A stretch of 64,000 bases of DNA from a virus (taxonomy: Duplodnaviria > Caudoviricetes), in IMG/VR virus record IMGVR_UViG_3300037507_003370, positions 1 to 64,000 of that record, one strand, 5' to 3'. Position numbers and translations under genes: made by a program. The notes below the pieces were generated by a model, which did not search any database, was not told where the DNA came from, and worked only from the letters and a program-made list of their open reading frames with translations. Positions 21,860 to 33,100 of the stretch are shown one piece after another. Every line of letters starts with the position of its first letter. The stretch's first letter is position 1.

Positions 21860-23380
21860 ATGCTAGTTTTTGAACAAGAAATTCAAGATGGCTTAGAAGA
21901 ACGCATCAAATCGCAAGCATCTATTAGTTATGCTTGTCATGTAGAACCATCAGAATCTAATAATCATAATATTAAAAATATCAAATCTTTAGCTTCTTTA
22001 AGTGATAATGACTTATATTATGTTCAATCTATCTTAGTAACTTCTAGCTGGAATAAAAATGACGATATATTTGATAAATCAGAAATATGGCTAGCTAGAC
22101 ACACTCCAGAAGATAAGCCAACAAATTTAGAACATGACGAAGCTCTTATAATAGGGCACATAACATCAAATTGGCCTATTACGGATGACGGAATATTAAT
22201 AAATGATAATACTCCAATAGAAAATCTTCCAAATAAATATCACATATTAACTGGATCTGTTATTTATAGAGCATTTACTAATCCTGAGTTAAAAGGAAGA
22301 TCAGAAAAATTAATATCTGAAATAGAAAATGGAACAAAATACGTTAGTATGGAATGCTATTTTAAGGGTTTTGATTATGGATTACAAAATAAAGATACTG
22401 GAGAATTTAAAGTTTTAGCCAGGAATAATGACACTGCATTTTTGACCAAACACCTTAGGGCTTATGGTGGAATAGGAGAACATGATGGATACAAAGTTGG
22501 TAGAGTTTTAAGAAATGTAACCTTTTCTGGCAAAGGCTTTGTTGATAGACCAGCTAATCCAGATAGTGTTATATTTACCAAAGACATTTTATTAAACGAT
22601 AAAGATAATCAAAATTTAGTTAATTTGACAGAAAAAAAAGACGATTTAATATTATCAGGTGTATCTACAATTACGTCAACAGCACAAATGGAGAATGTCA
22701 CTATGAGCGTAGAACAAGAAATAGCTGATATGAAAACAAAACTAGAGGCTATGAACAATTGCTCAGATGCCGTAAAAGATGCTTATGCTCAGGCTTCAGA
22801 GCTAAAAGAACAAACCAATATTTTAGAAACTGCTATTAAAGCTCATGAAGATAAAATCGCTGAGCTAACCGCTGCTTTAGAAGCTGCTGTTATTGAGAAA
22901 GAAGAAGCAGCCAAGAAAAAAACAGAAGAAGAAATGACCAAAGAAGAAGAAATGAAAAAAGTCAAAAGCGAACTTGAAGCTGCTAATGAAGTAATCGCTG
23001 GATATAAAATGAAAGAAGAAGAAATGGCTAAAAAAGAAAAGAAAATGAAAAGAGTAGCAGATCTTCTTGAAACTGGTCTTAATAATGATACAGTCATTGC
23101 TACAGTAGATCAGTTTGAGCATCTTGATGATTCTTCTTTTGAAGGCATCAAAACTCTTCTAGTTTCTGCTATGAAAAAAGAAGCTAAGCCAGAAGTTGTA
23201 GAAAAGAAGAAAGCATCAGAAGAAATTGCTGATGAATCTGTTCTTGAAACAGCAGAACCAGAACAGACAGTAGAACTCGGAGTTGGAGGCGAACCTGAAA
23301 CAGAAGTTTCCAATACCAGAGCTGCTTTAGTAGATTTTGTTTGTAGCAGATTAGGCAAAACACTCAATAAGGGAGAATAA
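21860..23380 (+). CDS. Prohead protease / scaffold fusion
   Basis: N-terminal TNLEHD...YVSMEC...FSGKGFVDRPANP protease-like region; C-terminal K/E-rich coiled coil. Confidence 0.75.
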   Translation: MLVFEQEIQDGLEERIKSQASISYACHVEPSESNNHNIKNIKSLASLSDNDLYYVQSILVTSSWNKNDDIFDKSEIWLARHTPEDKPTNLEHDEALIIGHITSNWPITDDGILINDNTPIENLPNKYHILTGSVIYRAFTNPELKGRSEKLISEIENGTKYVSMECYFKGFDYGLQNKDTGEFKVLARNNDTAFLTKHLRAYGGIGEHDGYKVGRVLRNVTFSGKGFVDRPANPDSVIFTKDILLNDKDNQNLVNLTEKKDDLILSGVSTITSTAQMENVTMSVEQEIADMKTKLEAMNNCSDAVKDAYAQASELKEQTNILETAIKAHEDKIAELTAALEAAVIEKEEAAKKKTEEEMTKEEEMKKVKSELEAANEVIAGYKMKEEEMAKKEKKMKRVADLLETGLNNDTVIATVDQFEHLDDSSFEGIKTLLVSAMKKEAKPEVVEKKKASEEIADESVLETAEPEQTVELGVGGEPETEVSNTRAALVDFVCSRLGKTLNKGE

Positions 23381-23382
23381 AA

Positions 23383-23838
23383 ATGGCTCTAAAACCAGAT
23401 CGCGTAGAACTTTTAACAAACGTTTCTTTCTTCATGACAGCAAAAGAGTTTAGAGGCGGCATTGCTTGTGTTAAAACAAGCGGAGCCGGAGCTTCTATGG
23501 ACGATGCAGGCGCTGTCGTAGAATATGCATCAGCCGTCACTGGCAAACCAGTTGGCGTTTTACTAAATGATGTTGTTGATCTTGATCTCACAAGACAACA
23601 TATCAATTGGTACAAAGATGAGGTTCAGGTTGGTGGCAAAGTTACACTTTTGCGTCAAGGAGAAGTTGTAACAAACATGCTAGTCGCTGGAATTAGTCCA
23701 GCCGCTGGAGATGCTGCTTATGTAGGTGTTAGTGGTTTAATTGGCACATCAAGTGCCAGTAGTGCTGCTAAGATTGGTCAATTCCTCAGCAGTAAAGATG
23801 CTGACGGCTATGCAAAAGTTTCAGTAAACATTGTCTGA
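23383..23838 (+). CDS. Capsid decoration / cement protein
   Basis: 150-aa beta-rich gene between scaffold and MCP. Confidence 0.65.
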   Translation: MALKPDRVELLTNVSFFMTAKEFRGGIACVKTSGAGASMDDAGAVVEYASAVTGKPVGVLLNDVVDLDLTRQHINWYKDEVQVGGKVTLLRQGEVVTNMLVAGISPAAGDAAYVGVSGLIGTSSASSAAKIGQFLSSKDADGYAKVSVNIV

Positions 23839-23872
23839 TTAAATTAATCAATAAATCAAGGGAGAACTAAAA

Positions 23873-24895
23873 ATGGCTAGAGACACACAGGTTTTTCAAC
23901 CGACTCCAGAATTAACAGATCTGCTTGTTCGTTCTGGCTCACTAAATGCAGAAGTATCTCTAAGTGCAAACAGAGAGTTTGCTAAAGCTCTAGAATTACC
24001 TCTAAGGCAGGGCGTTCTTAGTGGCGATATTCTGAGCGGTATCTTTGAACCAATTCGTTTGGCTCAAAGTGCTACCCCAGAGTTCCCCTTAGATTTTCTT
24101 GCTCCTGGCACCGAAAAGGACTTTGTTGCTTATACAATTCCTAATCATGGATATATTCCAGAGCGTCATGTTGAGAGCGACTACGTCATGGTTCCAACCT
24201 ATGACATTGGAGCTAGTATCGACTATCTTCTAAAGTATGCCCGCGATGCCCGTTGGGATGTCGTTGGTCGTGCAATGGAAGTTTTAGAAGCTCAATTTGT
24301 TAAGAAGATGAATGATGATGGTTGGCACACCATTCTTGCTGCTGGCTATGATCGTAATATTGTTGTATTCGACAGCGATGCTGCTGTTGGTCAATTTACC
24401 AAGAGATTGGTAAGTTTGATGAAAACAGTAATGCGTAGAAACGGCGGAGGTAACTCTGCTAGTAATAACCGTGGCCAACTAACTGATCTTTATGTCAGTC
24501 CAGAGGCTATGGAAGATATTCGTAACTGGGGTGTTGATCAAGTTGATGAAACAACCAGACGCGAAATCTACACTGCTGCTGATGGTTCTTTGAATCGCGT
24601 ATTCGGTATCAATCTACATGATATCGACGAGCTAGGAGAAGGCCAAGAGTATCAGTTGTATTACACAAGTACTCTCGGTGGCTCTATGCCACAGTCATCA
24701 CCAAACACCGACGTTGAAGTTGTTGTTGGTCTTGATCTACGCAAGAGAGACAGTTTTGTAATGCCAGTTCGTGAAGAGGTTCAAATTTTTGAAGATAATA
24801 CACTACATCGTCAAAAGAGAGCCGGATTCTACGGATGGGCTGAACAGGGCTTCGCAGTTCTAGACAATCGTAGAGTGCTTCTTGGCTCACTCTAA
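23873..24895 (+). CDS. Major capsid protein
   Basis: 340 aa, GGAG RBS, position, followed by terminator. Confidence 0.8.
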   Translation: MARDTQVFQPTPELTDLLVRSGSLNAEVSLSANREFAKALELPLRQGVLSGDILSGIFEPIRLAQSATPEFPLDFLAPGTEKDFVAYTIPNHGYIPERHVESDYVMVPTYDIGASIDYLLKYARDARWDVVGRAMEVLEAQFVKKMNDDGWHTILAAGYDRNIVVFDSDAAVGQFTKRLVSLMKTVMRRNGGGNSASNNRGQLTDLYVSPEAMEDIRNWGVDQVDETTRREIYTAADGSLNRVFGINLHDIDELGEGQEYQLYYTSTLGGSMPQSSPNTDVEVVVGLDLRKRDSFVMPVREEVQIFEDNTLHRQKRAGFYGWAEQGFAVLDNRRVLLGSL

Positions 24896-24927
24896 TATAA
24901 ACAATCATATTTCTATATGACAAACTG

Positions 24928-24951
24928 GGCTGGCTTTTGCCAGCCTTTTTT
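24928..24951 (+). terminator. Intrinsic terminator
   Basis: GGCTGGC-TTTT-GCCAGCC-TTTTTT. Confidence 0.9.
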
Positions 24952-24962
24952 GTTATATATAA

Positions 24963-24978
24963 GGTGTAAAATAATATA
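24963..24978 (+). promoter_or_regulatory. Putative late promoter (GGTGTA motif)
   Basis: GGTGTAAAATAATATAG just after the terminator. Confidence 0.6.
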
Positions 24979-25003
24979 GTCCACCACTCTTGGAGACTTC
25001 ATA

Positions 25004-25519
25004 ATGTCATGGCAAAAAGAAATAGTATCAATAGTAAGAATATTAATTAATGATATTAATCAGCCGTATTCTTATAGTGATCAAAGATTATATCAGACCA
25101 TAGCAGTAGCAGCTAAATATGTTCAATTCGAAGTTGTTCTTGACAGATCATATGAAGTTAATGTTGTTAAACCAGAAATAACTCCAGATCCTACTATATA
25201 TAACGATAGTATATTTGTTAGTTTAGTTGGATTAAAAACAGCATGCATACTAGATCAAAGTAATTTCAGAACCAAGGCTTCTTTAGAAGGCATAAGGGCT
25301 GCCCTAGGCCCAGCACAACTATCTGTTGCCGGTAGTTTGGCAGGATGGCAGTCTATTATAGATCATGGTCCGTGTAAACTATATTCTGATTTAGCAGAAC
25401 ATTGGGATGTGCAAAATGCCACAGCCATCGCCGCTATACTCAGTCCTTTTGTTGGTAATAGATTTGATCCTGAGATGTTACCGTATACTAATGACAGAGG
25501 CAGAAATCTATATTCATAA
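25004..25519 (+). CDS. Head-tail adaptor-like protein
   Basis: First gene after MCP; helical adaptor size. Confidence 0.55.
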   Translation: MSWQKEIVSIVRILINDINQPYSYSDQRLYQTIAVAAKYVQFEVVLDRSYEVNVVKPEITPDPTIYNDSIFVSLVGLKTACILDQSNFRTKASLEGIRAALGPAQLSVAGSLAGWQSIIDHGPCKLYSDLAEHWDVQNATAIAAILSPFVGNRFDPEMLPYTNDRGRNLYS

Positions 25520-25537
25520 TATTTTAAAGGTCAAAAT

Positions 25538-25942
25538 ATGCCAGCATCAAAATATGACTTTTCTATTGAACAAGGAGCATCTTATAAATTATCTTTAACA
25601 TATAAAGATAACGATGATAATCCAATTAATATTACTGGTTGGTGCGCCAGATTAACATGGACCACAGATGAGGGAGTAACACAAACATTTAATACTAATA
25701 ATTTAGATCATAGTATATATAAATTTCAAATATCTGGTGTTCAAGGACGAATTTTATTACAAATACCAGCAGTAACAACAAATGGATTTTTATTTGAAAA
25801 TGCTAAATATGATTTAGAATTAGAAAGTCCTAATGAAATGTATTCTGGTGGTGGTAATGAGATTATTAGATTATTATATGGAACAATAATTATTGTAAAA
25901 AGATTCAGCACTTCTTCTTCATTGTTGGAGTGTCAACCATGA
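25538..25942 (+). CDS. Virion Ig-like structural protein
   Basis: YDFSIEQG...PINITG...AKYDLELE...RLLYGTI; paralog of the N-terminus of 38418..39848. Confidence 0.6.
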   Translation: MPASKYDFSIEQGASYKLSLTYKDNDDNPINITGWCARLTWTTDEGVTQTFNTNNLDHSIYKFQISGVQGRILLQIPAVTTNGFLFENAKYDLELESPNEMYSGGGNEIIRLLYGTIIIVKRFSTSSSLLECQP

Positions 25943-26223
25943 ACGATTATACTGTTACTGTTGATTTAGAGTATTCTAATCTAACAATAGAATCTGGTAA
26001 AATAGACGATATTAATATAGTAGAAATAGATAGATACGGTAATGCACAAATAAATATAACTTCTCAATATCCAACATTATCTCTCTTAGAATTACCAACA
26101 GGCTATCCTATTAATGATACTGTTGGAGATTTACCGCACACAAGAGTTAGTGGTCTAGCAACATATATACAGTCATTTATTCCTCAACAATCTGCTATTT
26201 CTATAAATGGAGGTACTCCATAA
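25930..26223 (+). CDS. Small virion protein
   Basis: Coupled ORF ending INGGTP. Confidence 0.6.
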   Translation: MSTMNDYTVTVDLEYSNLTIESGKIDDINIVEIDRYGNAQINITSQYPTLSLLELPTGYPINDTVGDLPHTRVSGLATYIQSFIPQQSAISINGGTP

Positions 26224-26927
26224 TGCCTCGCGGAAATTTAGTACAAATTAGAAGAGGAACAAAATCACAATGGGTTTCAGCAAATCCTATTTTAGCAAAC
26301 GGCGAGATGGGATTTGAAATAGATACAGGAAGACTTAAAATTGGCGATGGATCTTTGAGGTGGAATAATTTAAACTATATTGGTACATCAGAAAATTTAA
26401 TTAAAGTTTATAATAATACCGGGTTTTCTATACAAAAGGGACAAGCCGTATATTTTACAGGTTATGATACAGAATATAGCGTACCATTAGTAAGCCCATA
26501 CATTGCCAATGGCACCATATCTGAACAGCTATATGCAGGGTTAATGTTAGAATACGCTTCTGATGGAGATTATGGATTCATTGTCAATTTTGGAAGTATA
26601 TATAATCTTGATACTAGTGGAGCAATTTCTAATATATCAGACGGCAATGAGTCTTGGTCTAATGGCGATGTTTTATATGTACACCCATTTGATTATGGCA
26701 AACTTACAAAGATTAAACCAAATAAAAACATTATACTAGTAGGTATTATATCTAGTGCCAATCCTGTTAATGGAGTAATTTTAGCCAGATCTTTTATAAA
26801 TCCAAGGCTTAGTCAATTAAATGAAATTGCTTTTACAAACTCTCTTTTAGATAATAGCTTAATAAAATATGACACAACTAGTCAAAATTGGAAGAATTCG
26901 ACTGAGATCGATGGAGGGATGGTTTAA
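26223..26927 (+). CDS. Fibre adaptor with Mtd/hyaluronidase-type N-terminal domain
   Basis: VQIRRGT..W..ANPILANGEMGFEIDTGRLKIGDG. Confidence 0.75.
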   Translation: MPRGNLVQIRRGTKSQWVSANPILANGEMGFEIDTGRLKIGDGSLRWNNLNYIGTSENLIKVYNNTGFSIQKGQAVYFTGYDTEYSVPLVSPYIANGTISEQLYAGLMLEYASDGDYGFIVNFGSIYNLDTSGAISNISDGNESWSNGDVLYVHPFDYGKLTKIKPNKNIILVGIISSANPVNGVILARSFINPRLSQLNEIAFTNSLLDNSLIKYDTTSQNWKNSTEIDGGMV

Positions 26928-26943
26928 GGTGTAATTTATAATA
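26928..26943 (+). promoter_or_regulatory. Putative late promoter (GGTGTA motif)
   Basis: GGTGTAATTTATAATAG. Confidence 0.6.
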
Positions 26944-26982
26944 GTTCTTTTAAATAAAATAATCCAATCAATAGAGGTTAAA

Positions 26983-29900
26983 ATGGCCAATACTATCAGA
27001 ATTAAAAGAAGACCATCAAGCGGATCTGCTGGATCACCATCAGCAGCATCACTATATAATGGAGAATTAGCCTTTAATGAAAATGATAATATTTTATATT
27101 ATGCTTATGGAAGCGGAGTAGGTGGAATATCAACAGCGGTGCCTGCTATAGCTGGTAGTGGAGCATATTCATTAAGAGGTGGAACTAATGCTACTGGAAC
27201 ATGGCCAATAAGTATCAATGGAAACTCCGCCTACGCAACAAATGCTGTTTATACAACAGGAAATCAAAATGTTAATGGGGAAAAAACATTTAGATCTACT
27301 GTGTTTGTAGAAGATACTATTAGAATAATTGGTTCTGGTGGTGCTGGTTCTAATGTCCTTATGGATGCTGATACGGCTTCTATTGGTCTTTTTACCAGCA
27401 ACTACAGATATAATGCACTAGGTTGGTATGATAAAGATATGTCACTAGAAAATGGAACTATTGGCAATACTACTATAGAATCTACTTTTGGTAAAGTTAT
27501 TTTAACTGGAAGTTCTGGAGTTCAAATAGGAGATGGTGGCAACGGCACAGGAGTGGACGTAGCTGCTGCTACAACAAGCTCATCAGGAACTCACTTTGCA
27601 GCTTTTACAAATTATTCTAATGGCGGAGTTATTAAAGCTCGAACAGCAGCACAGGTTAAGGGAGATATTGGACTAGGAAATGTTGAAAATACAGCATTAT
27701 CATCAGTAACATTTACTGCTGGAAGTGGATTAGCTGGTGGAGGAACATTAGCTGCTAATAGAACATTTAATATTGGTCAAGGTGATGGTATTAGCGTAAG
27801 TGCTGATGCTATTGCTGTTGACAATACTGTAGTAAGAACAACGGGAACTCAAACTATCAATGGAAGCAAAACATTTGGCAATGCATCCACATTCAATAGC
27901 GGTATTAGTATTGGGGATACAATAAATTATTTAACTGGAAATGCACTAGTCATCAATTGGGGCGATGGCGGTGGACAGCTTGCTTCTTTTATTAACAATG
28001 CTAGTCAGCTAAATAATAGTATAAATTTAAATGCAATTACAACATTTGATAACGTAAGTTACAATAGTTTATTTCCTTTTATAATCGATCCAACCGGATA
28101 TAATGGTTATGGTGCTGTCACTCAAGGTTTTTGGAGGGGTGAGCAAATAGAAGTAAATAGAGGTGGTACTGGACGATCTTCATACTCTAATGGTCAGTTA
28201 TTAATTGGTAGTGGTACAGGTCTTGCAGCTAATACTTTAACAGCTGGTTCTAATGTTCAAATTACCAACGGTTCTGGTACTATCACAATAGCAGCAACAG
28301 GACTTGCTTTATCGTCTAGAACTTTAACTGCTGGAAGTGGATTGGTTGGTGGGGGAGATCTTAGTGCTGATAGAACATTTAATATTGGTCAGGGAGATGG
28401 TATAACCGTTAGTGCCGATAGTATTGCTGTTGATAGTACTGTTGTTCGCACAACTGGCAATCAAAGCATTAATGGAGTTAAGACTTTTGGTAATAGAATA
28501 AATATATCCCATACTGGATCCTTTGCTAATATACCATCTTTGAATATTGTTGGCGGTGGAGACAATTATTTTGATTATTATACTGGTCAACAAGGTGCAT
28601 CTTCTGGATATTTGTTAGTGGGTACTCATTCGGATATCACAACTGCTCCATTCAGAATAGCTTTTGATCTTGTTGGAGGAGCCGCTATAACTAATGGTGA
28701 ATGGAGAGCATCCACAATCTCTGTGGATAAAGGAGGCACTGGAGCCACCACGCTAACCTCTAATAATATCCTTGTGGGTAATGGAACTAATGCAATATCG
28801 GCCCCTTATAGTGTTGAAACAATACTAACTGGTGGATCATCAGCATTACCAAGAGCGGATGCTGTTAAAACCTATGTTGACAATATGATTGGTAGTGGCA
28901 TTGCCACCAATGATGCTATGATTTTCAAGGGAACAATAGACTGTTCAACTAATCCTAATTATCCAGCGGCCGATAGAGGTTGGGTATATAAAATTAGTGT
29001 TGCTGGTAGAATTGGTGGGGCTTCTGGCCCAGTAGTAGAAGTTAACGATACAATAATTTGTGGAACAGACGGTACTGCTGCTGGCACTCATGCCTCTGTT
29101 GGTAGTAATTGGAATATTTTACAAACAAACATTGTTGATGCTAGTATTTTAGTAACCGGCCCAACTAGCGCCACTAGCGGCAACTTTGCTATGTTTGATG
29201 GAACAACAGGAAAGATTGTTAGAGACAGCTCTTTAAATTCTAGTAGTTTTGCTACTGCTAATCACACTCACGGAAACATAACAAATGCTGGAGCTATAGG
29301 ATCAACAGCAAACTTGCCAATTATAACAACAACTGCTGGAGCATTAACAACAGGAAGCTTTGGATCAACAGCTAATACTTTTTGTCAAGGTAATGATAGC
29401 AGACTGAGTGATACTAGAAATACCACAAATTCTATTACCGTTAATAATGGTGGAGCCGGAGATAGTTCTAGTTTTACATTTAATGGTAGTGCGGCCAGAA
29501 CAATTTCTTATAACAGTATTGGTGCGCCTTCTATAAGCGGAACTAATGCTACTGGTACTTGGAATATTAGTGTAACAGGTAATGCTGGTACAGTAACCAA
29601 TGGAGTATATACTAATGGTTCATATGCCGACCCATCATGGATAACTAGTTTAGCCAAATCTAAGGTAGGATTAAGTAATGTAGAGAATACTGCTCTTAGT
29701 ACTTGGGCTGGTAGTGCTAATCTTACAACTCTCGGCACAGTGGTTACTGGAACATGGAATGCAACCACGATTGCTGTTGACAAAGGAGGAACCGGCCAAA
29801 CTTCTTATACTAATGGTCAATTATTAATAGGCAATACTACTGGTAACACATTAACTAAAGCCACATTGACACAAGGAACAGCAATAGATATTACTAATGG

Positions 29901-30090
29901 AGGTGGCAGCATAACGATTGGCCATAATGATACTTCAACATTGACTGGTGCCCAAGGAAGTAATGGTATTGCTAGTTTTACTGTTGATGGAATGGGACAC
30001 GTTACAGCAGTAACCACGGCAACATACTTAACCGCAGGAACAGTATGTGCTGCTATTGTTGATTGCTCACTAGATGGCGGAACGTTCTAA
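26983..30090 (+). CDS. Tail/virion fibre protein
   Basis: G/T/N/S-rich; internal repeats (TAGSGL..FNIGQGDGI..VVRTTG x2; GGTG..SY.NGQLLIG x2). Confidence 0.8.
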   Translation: MANTIRIKRRPSSGSAGSPSAASLYNGELAFNENDNILYYAYGSGVGGISTAVPAIAGSGAYSLRGGTNATGTWPISINGNSAYATNAVYTTGNQNVNGEKTFRSTVFVEDTIRIIGSGGAGSNVLMDADTASIGLFTSNYRYNALGWYDKDMSLENGTIGNTTIESTFGKVILTGSSGVQIGDGGNGTGVDVAAATTSSSGTHFAAFTNYSNGGVIKARTAAQVKGDIGLGNVENTALSSVTFTAGSGLAGGGTLAANRTFNIGQGDGISVSADAIAVDNTVVRTTGTQTINGSKTFGNASTFNSGISIGDTINYLTGNALVINWGDGGGQLASFINNASQLNNSINLNAITTFDNVSYNSLFPFIIDPTGYNGYGAVTQGFWRGEQIEVNRGGTGRSSYSNGQLLIGSGTGLAANTLTAGSNVQITNGSGTITIAATGLALSSRTLTAGSGLVGGGDLSADRTFNIGQGDGITVSADSIAVDSTVVRTTGNQSINGVKTFGNRINISHTGSFANIPSLNIVGGGDNYFDYYTGQQGASSGYLLVGTHSDITTAPFRIAFDLVGGAAITNGEWRASTISVDKGGTGATTLTSNNILVGNGTNAISAPYSVETILTGGSSALPRADAVKTYVDNMIGSGIATNDAMIFKGTIDCSTNPNYPAADRGWVYKISVAGRIGGASGPVVEVNDTIICGTDGTAAGTHASVGSNWNILQTNIVDASILVTGPTSATSGNFAMFDGTTGKIVRDSSLNSSSFATANHTHGNITNAGAIGSTANLPIITTTAGALTTGSFGSTANTFCQGNDSRLSDTRNTTNSITVNNGGAGDSSSFTFNGSAARTISYNSIGAPSISGTNATGTWNISVTGNAGTVTNGVYTNGSYADPSWITSLAKSKVGLSNVENTALSTWAGSANLTTLGTVVTGTWNATTIAVDKGGTGQTSYTNGQLLIGNTTGNTLTKATLTQGTAIDITNGGGSITIGHNDTSTLTGAQGSNGIASFTVDGMGHVTAVTTATYLTAGTVCAAIVDCSLDGGTF

Positions 30091-30108
30091 ATAGTTAGAG
30101 AAAATTAA

Positions 30109-33100
30109 ATGCCAAATATTATACAACATAAAAGGAGTAGCACTCCTGGTGCTGTTCCGCTAGCTACTGGACTAAGCCAAGGTGAATTAGGAATAAATAT
30201 AGGAGATGGTAAATTATATACTAAAAATAGTAGTAATGCTATTATTAATCTTGGTGTTAGTAGTATAAGTGGAACATATATTACCCCAGCTAGTGGTACA
30301 TTTCAGACTATCCAATTTAATACCAATGTTGAACCCGATTTATTAAGAGGTCAAATTGGATGGAATGACACCGAAGGTACTGTTAATGTAGCTCTTACAG
30401 ATAATACTGATATTCATATTGGCCAACATAATTTTTATAGAGTAAGAAATCAAACTGGGTCTGTGCTTTATAAAGGCCAAGCTGTTTATGCTACTGGTGT
30501 TCACAGCAATGGAATTATTACACCGTCCCTATATGTTGCAAATGGTAGTGTTCGTGAAGTCCGTTTCATTGGACTCATTTTAGAAAATATAAATAATAAT
30601 AATAATGGTTATGCTATACAGTTTGGACATGTAACAGAAATTGACACTCGCGGAAATGTAGCAAGCAATATAGCTGTTGGAAATGAAACTTGGGCAGACG
30701 GTGACATATTATATGTTCACCCTACTGTATCTGGTAAGTTAACCAACGTTGAACCAAAACACTCTATTTCTACTGCTATAATTTTGGATGCTGCTAGTAA
30801 TGGCAAAATTTTTGTAAGACCAACTAGTTATGGCCATTTGAATGACAACCACGATGTTAATGTTAGTGGGGTGACTAATGGTCAATTCTTACAATATAAT
30901 TCATCCACCGATTACTGGGTTCCTAGTAGTAGCGGGAATTTTACTTCTTTAAGTGTGAATGGCACTGGAGTAATATCTAGTAGCGGAGGAACAACTAACT
31001 ATATAAGTAAGTTTACTGGTGGTTCGACTATTGGTAATAGTCTAGTTTTTGATAATGGTACTAATGTTGGTATTGGAACAACAACTCCGACTAGTCAACT
31101 TCATGTTATTGGTACTGGATTATTCTCTAGTGCATTATTAGTTAACAATAATATTGTTTGGCATAGTGGTAATTTTGATAGTAGTAATATTGTTAGAACT
31201 ACTGGAACTCAAACTATTAGTGGAGTTAAAACATTTGCTGATGGTTTAAAAGTAGTTGGTAATGGTGCTGGTGTTCCGATAGAACTGGGAGTGTCTCAGG
31301 ATGCTATTGTTTTATTTGGTAAAACTAGTAATGGTCTGGGTATAGGTAGTAATTCTTTTAATTTTAGTGACTCTTCTACTAATGTTATAGATTCTAGAGA
31401 ATTATTAATAGGTCTAAATGCTAATGACCCAATTCTGACTATTAGTCGTGGATTGTTATTTGCCGGTAATAGCGGTGTGGGGGTAATAAATTACTATGAT
31501 AATGGAGTTGCTGTTAGTGCTAATAGATTGATATTTGATGTGACTCCAGCAACCACCCTTGCTTCTGCTAATACCACATTGCGTACCACAACAGCAGATG
31601 GAAATAATATAGTATTAAATCTGCCAAATACCAGCGGAACATTAGCATTATTAACAAGTATAAATACCACGCAAATTACTGGAACTTTACCAGTTAATAA
31701 GGGTGGTACAAATATAACTTCTTATAGTAATGGACAATTATTAATTGGTAGTGGAACAAGTTTAGTTGCTAATACTTTGTCTGCTGGTACTGGAATAGCT
31801 ATAACTAATGGTAGTGGGACCATAACAATCAATACTAGTGGACTTCAAACTCTTTTAACTAATCCTGTTACTGGTACTGGTACTGGAGCTTCAACATCAG
31901 GATACTTACCACGATGGAATAGTACTAGTGGATTAAATAATAGCGATATTTATCAGAGCGGAAGTAATATAGGAATCGGAACAGTCACTCCGTCTGGGAA
32001 ATTACATGTAAGTGGTACTATTATTGCTAGTGGAGGAAATAGTACTAACTGGAACACTGCTTACGGATGGGGAAATCATGCTGTTGCAGGATATATAACT
32101 AATTATATACCAGACGGGATTACTATTTTTGGAAATGATGGATCTAATCAAAATATAGTTTTTGAAAATGATGGTGCTCCAGTTGCAGATATTACTTGGG
32201 ACGATCTTAATGATAGATTACAAATTAATGCTTTACAAGTAAACATTACCGCTGAAAACGGATTAATTGTAGAAACTGATAGTCCTATTCAGTTTAATCC
32301 TAATGGTGGTGGAAATGTTGGAATAGGTATAGTCAACCCAACTTCTAAACTCCATGTTGCTGGAGACATTTTAGCAACAGGATCTTTTATTGGCGGGTCC
32401 GGTACTGCCTCATTACCCTCTTTTGAATTTATTAATGATCCTGATACTGGTTTATTCTCTCCAGCAGCAAATACTTTTGGTATTAGTACTAGCGGAGCTG
32501 AAAGATTAAGGGTAAGTAATATTGGAAATGTTGGTATTGGAACAAGCTCTCCCGGATCTCCTTTAACGATATCAACTGGTGGTGCTGCCGGAACTATAGA
32601 TGGGGCATCTCAAACTCAAATCTTTCAAGTTAATGACGCTAGTTCCAGCGATTATGTCAATTTGGGTCATTTTAATTGCGAGAGTAATTTATCTCGTGGA
32701 TCATTTATGTTAAGTAATAATGGTGGTAATGGAGCTTGGCAAGATAATTGTCTTCAATTTTTTACTCATGGCTCATCTTATGGATATGGATATTACGCTG
32801 GTAATTTATCTGATGCTGGTTGTGCTATGATAGTAACACAAGGTTCAGAGATTACCAAACTACAAATAGGCAACTTTAATGCTGTTCCTATTGAGTTTTT
32901 TACTAGTAATACATTTAGGATGATGATTGATAGTGGTGATGGAAATGTTGGAATAGGAACATCAACACCACAAGAAAAATTAGATGTTGATGGAAATATA
33001 AATATTAATGGTTCTATAAAGCATACAGTTAGTGCTTCAGATATATCTGATAATATAGCACCAATAACATGGTATAATATTTTTAATGATGTAAATAGTG

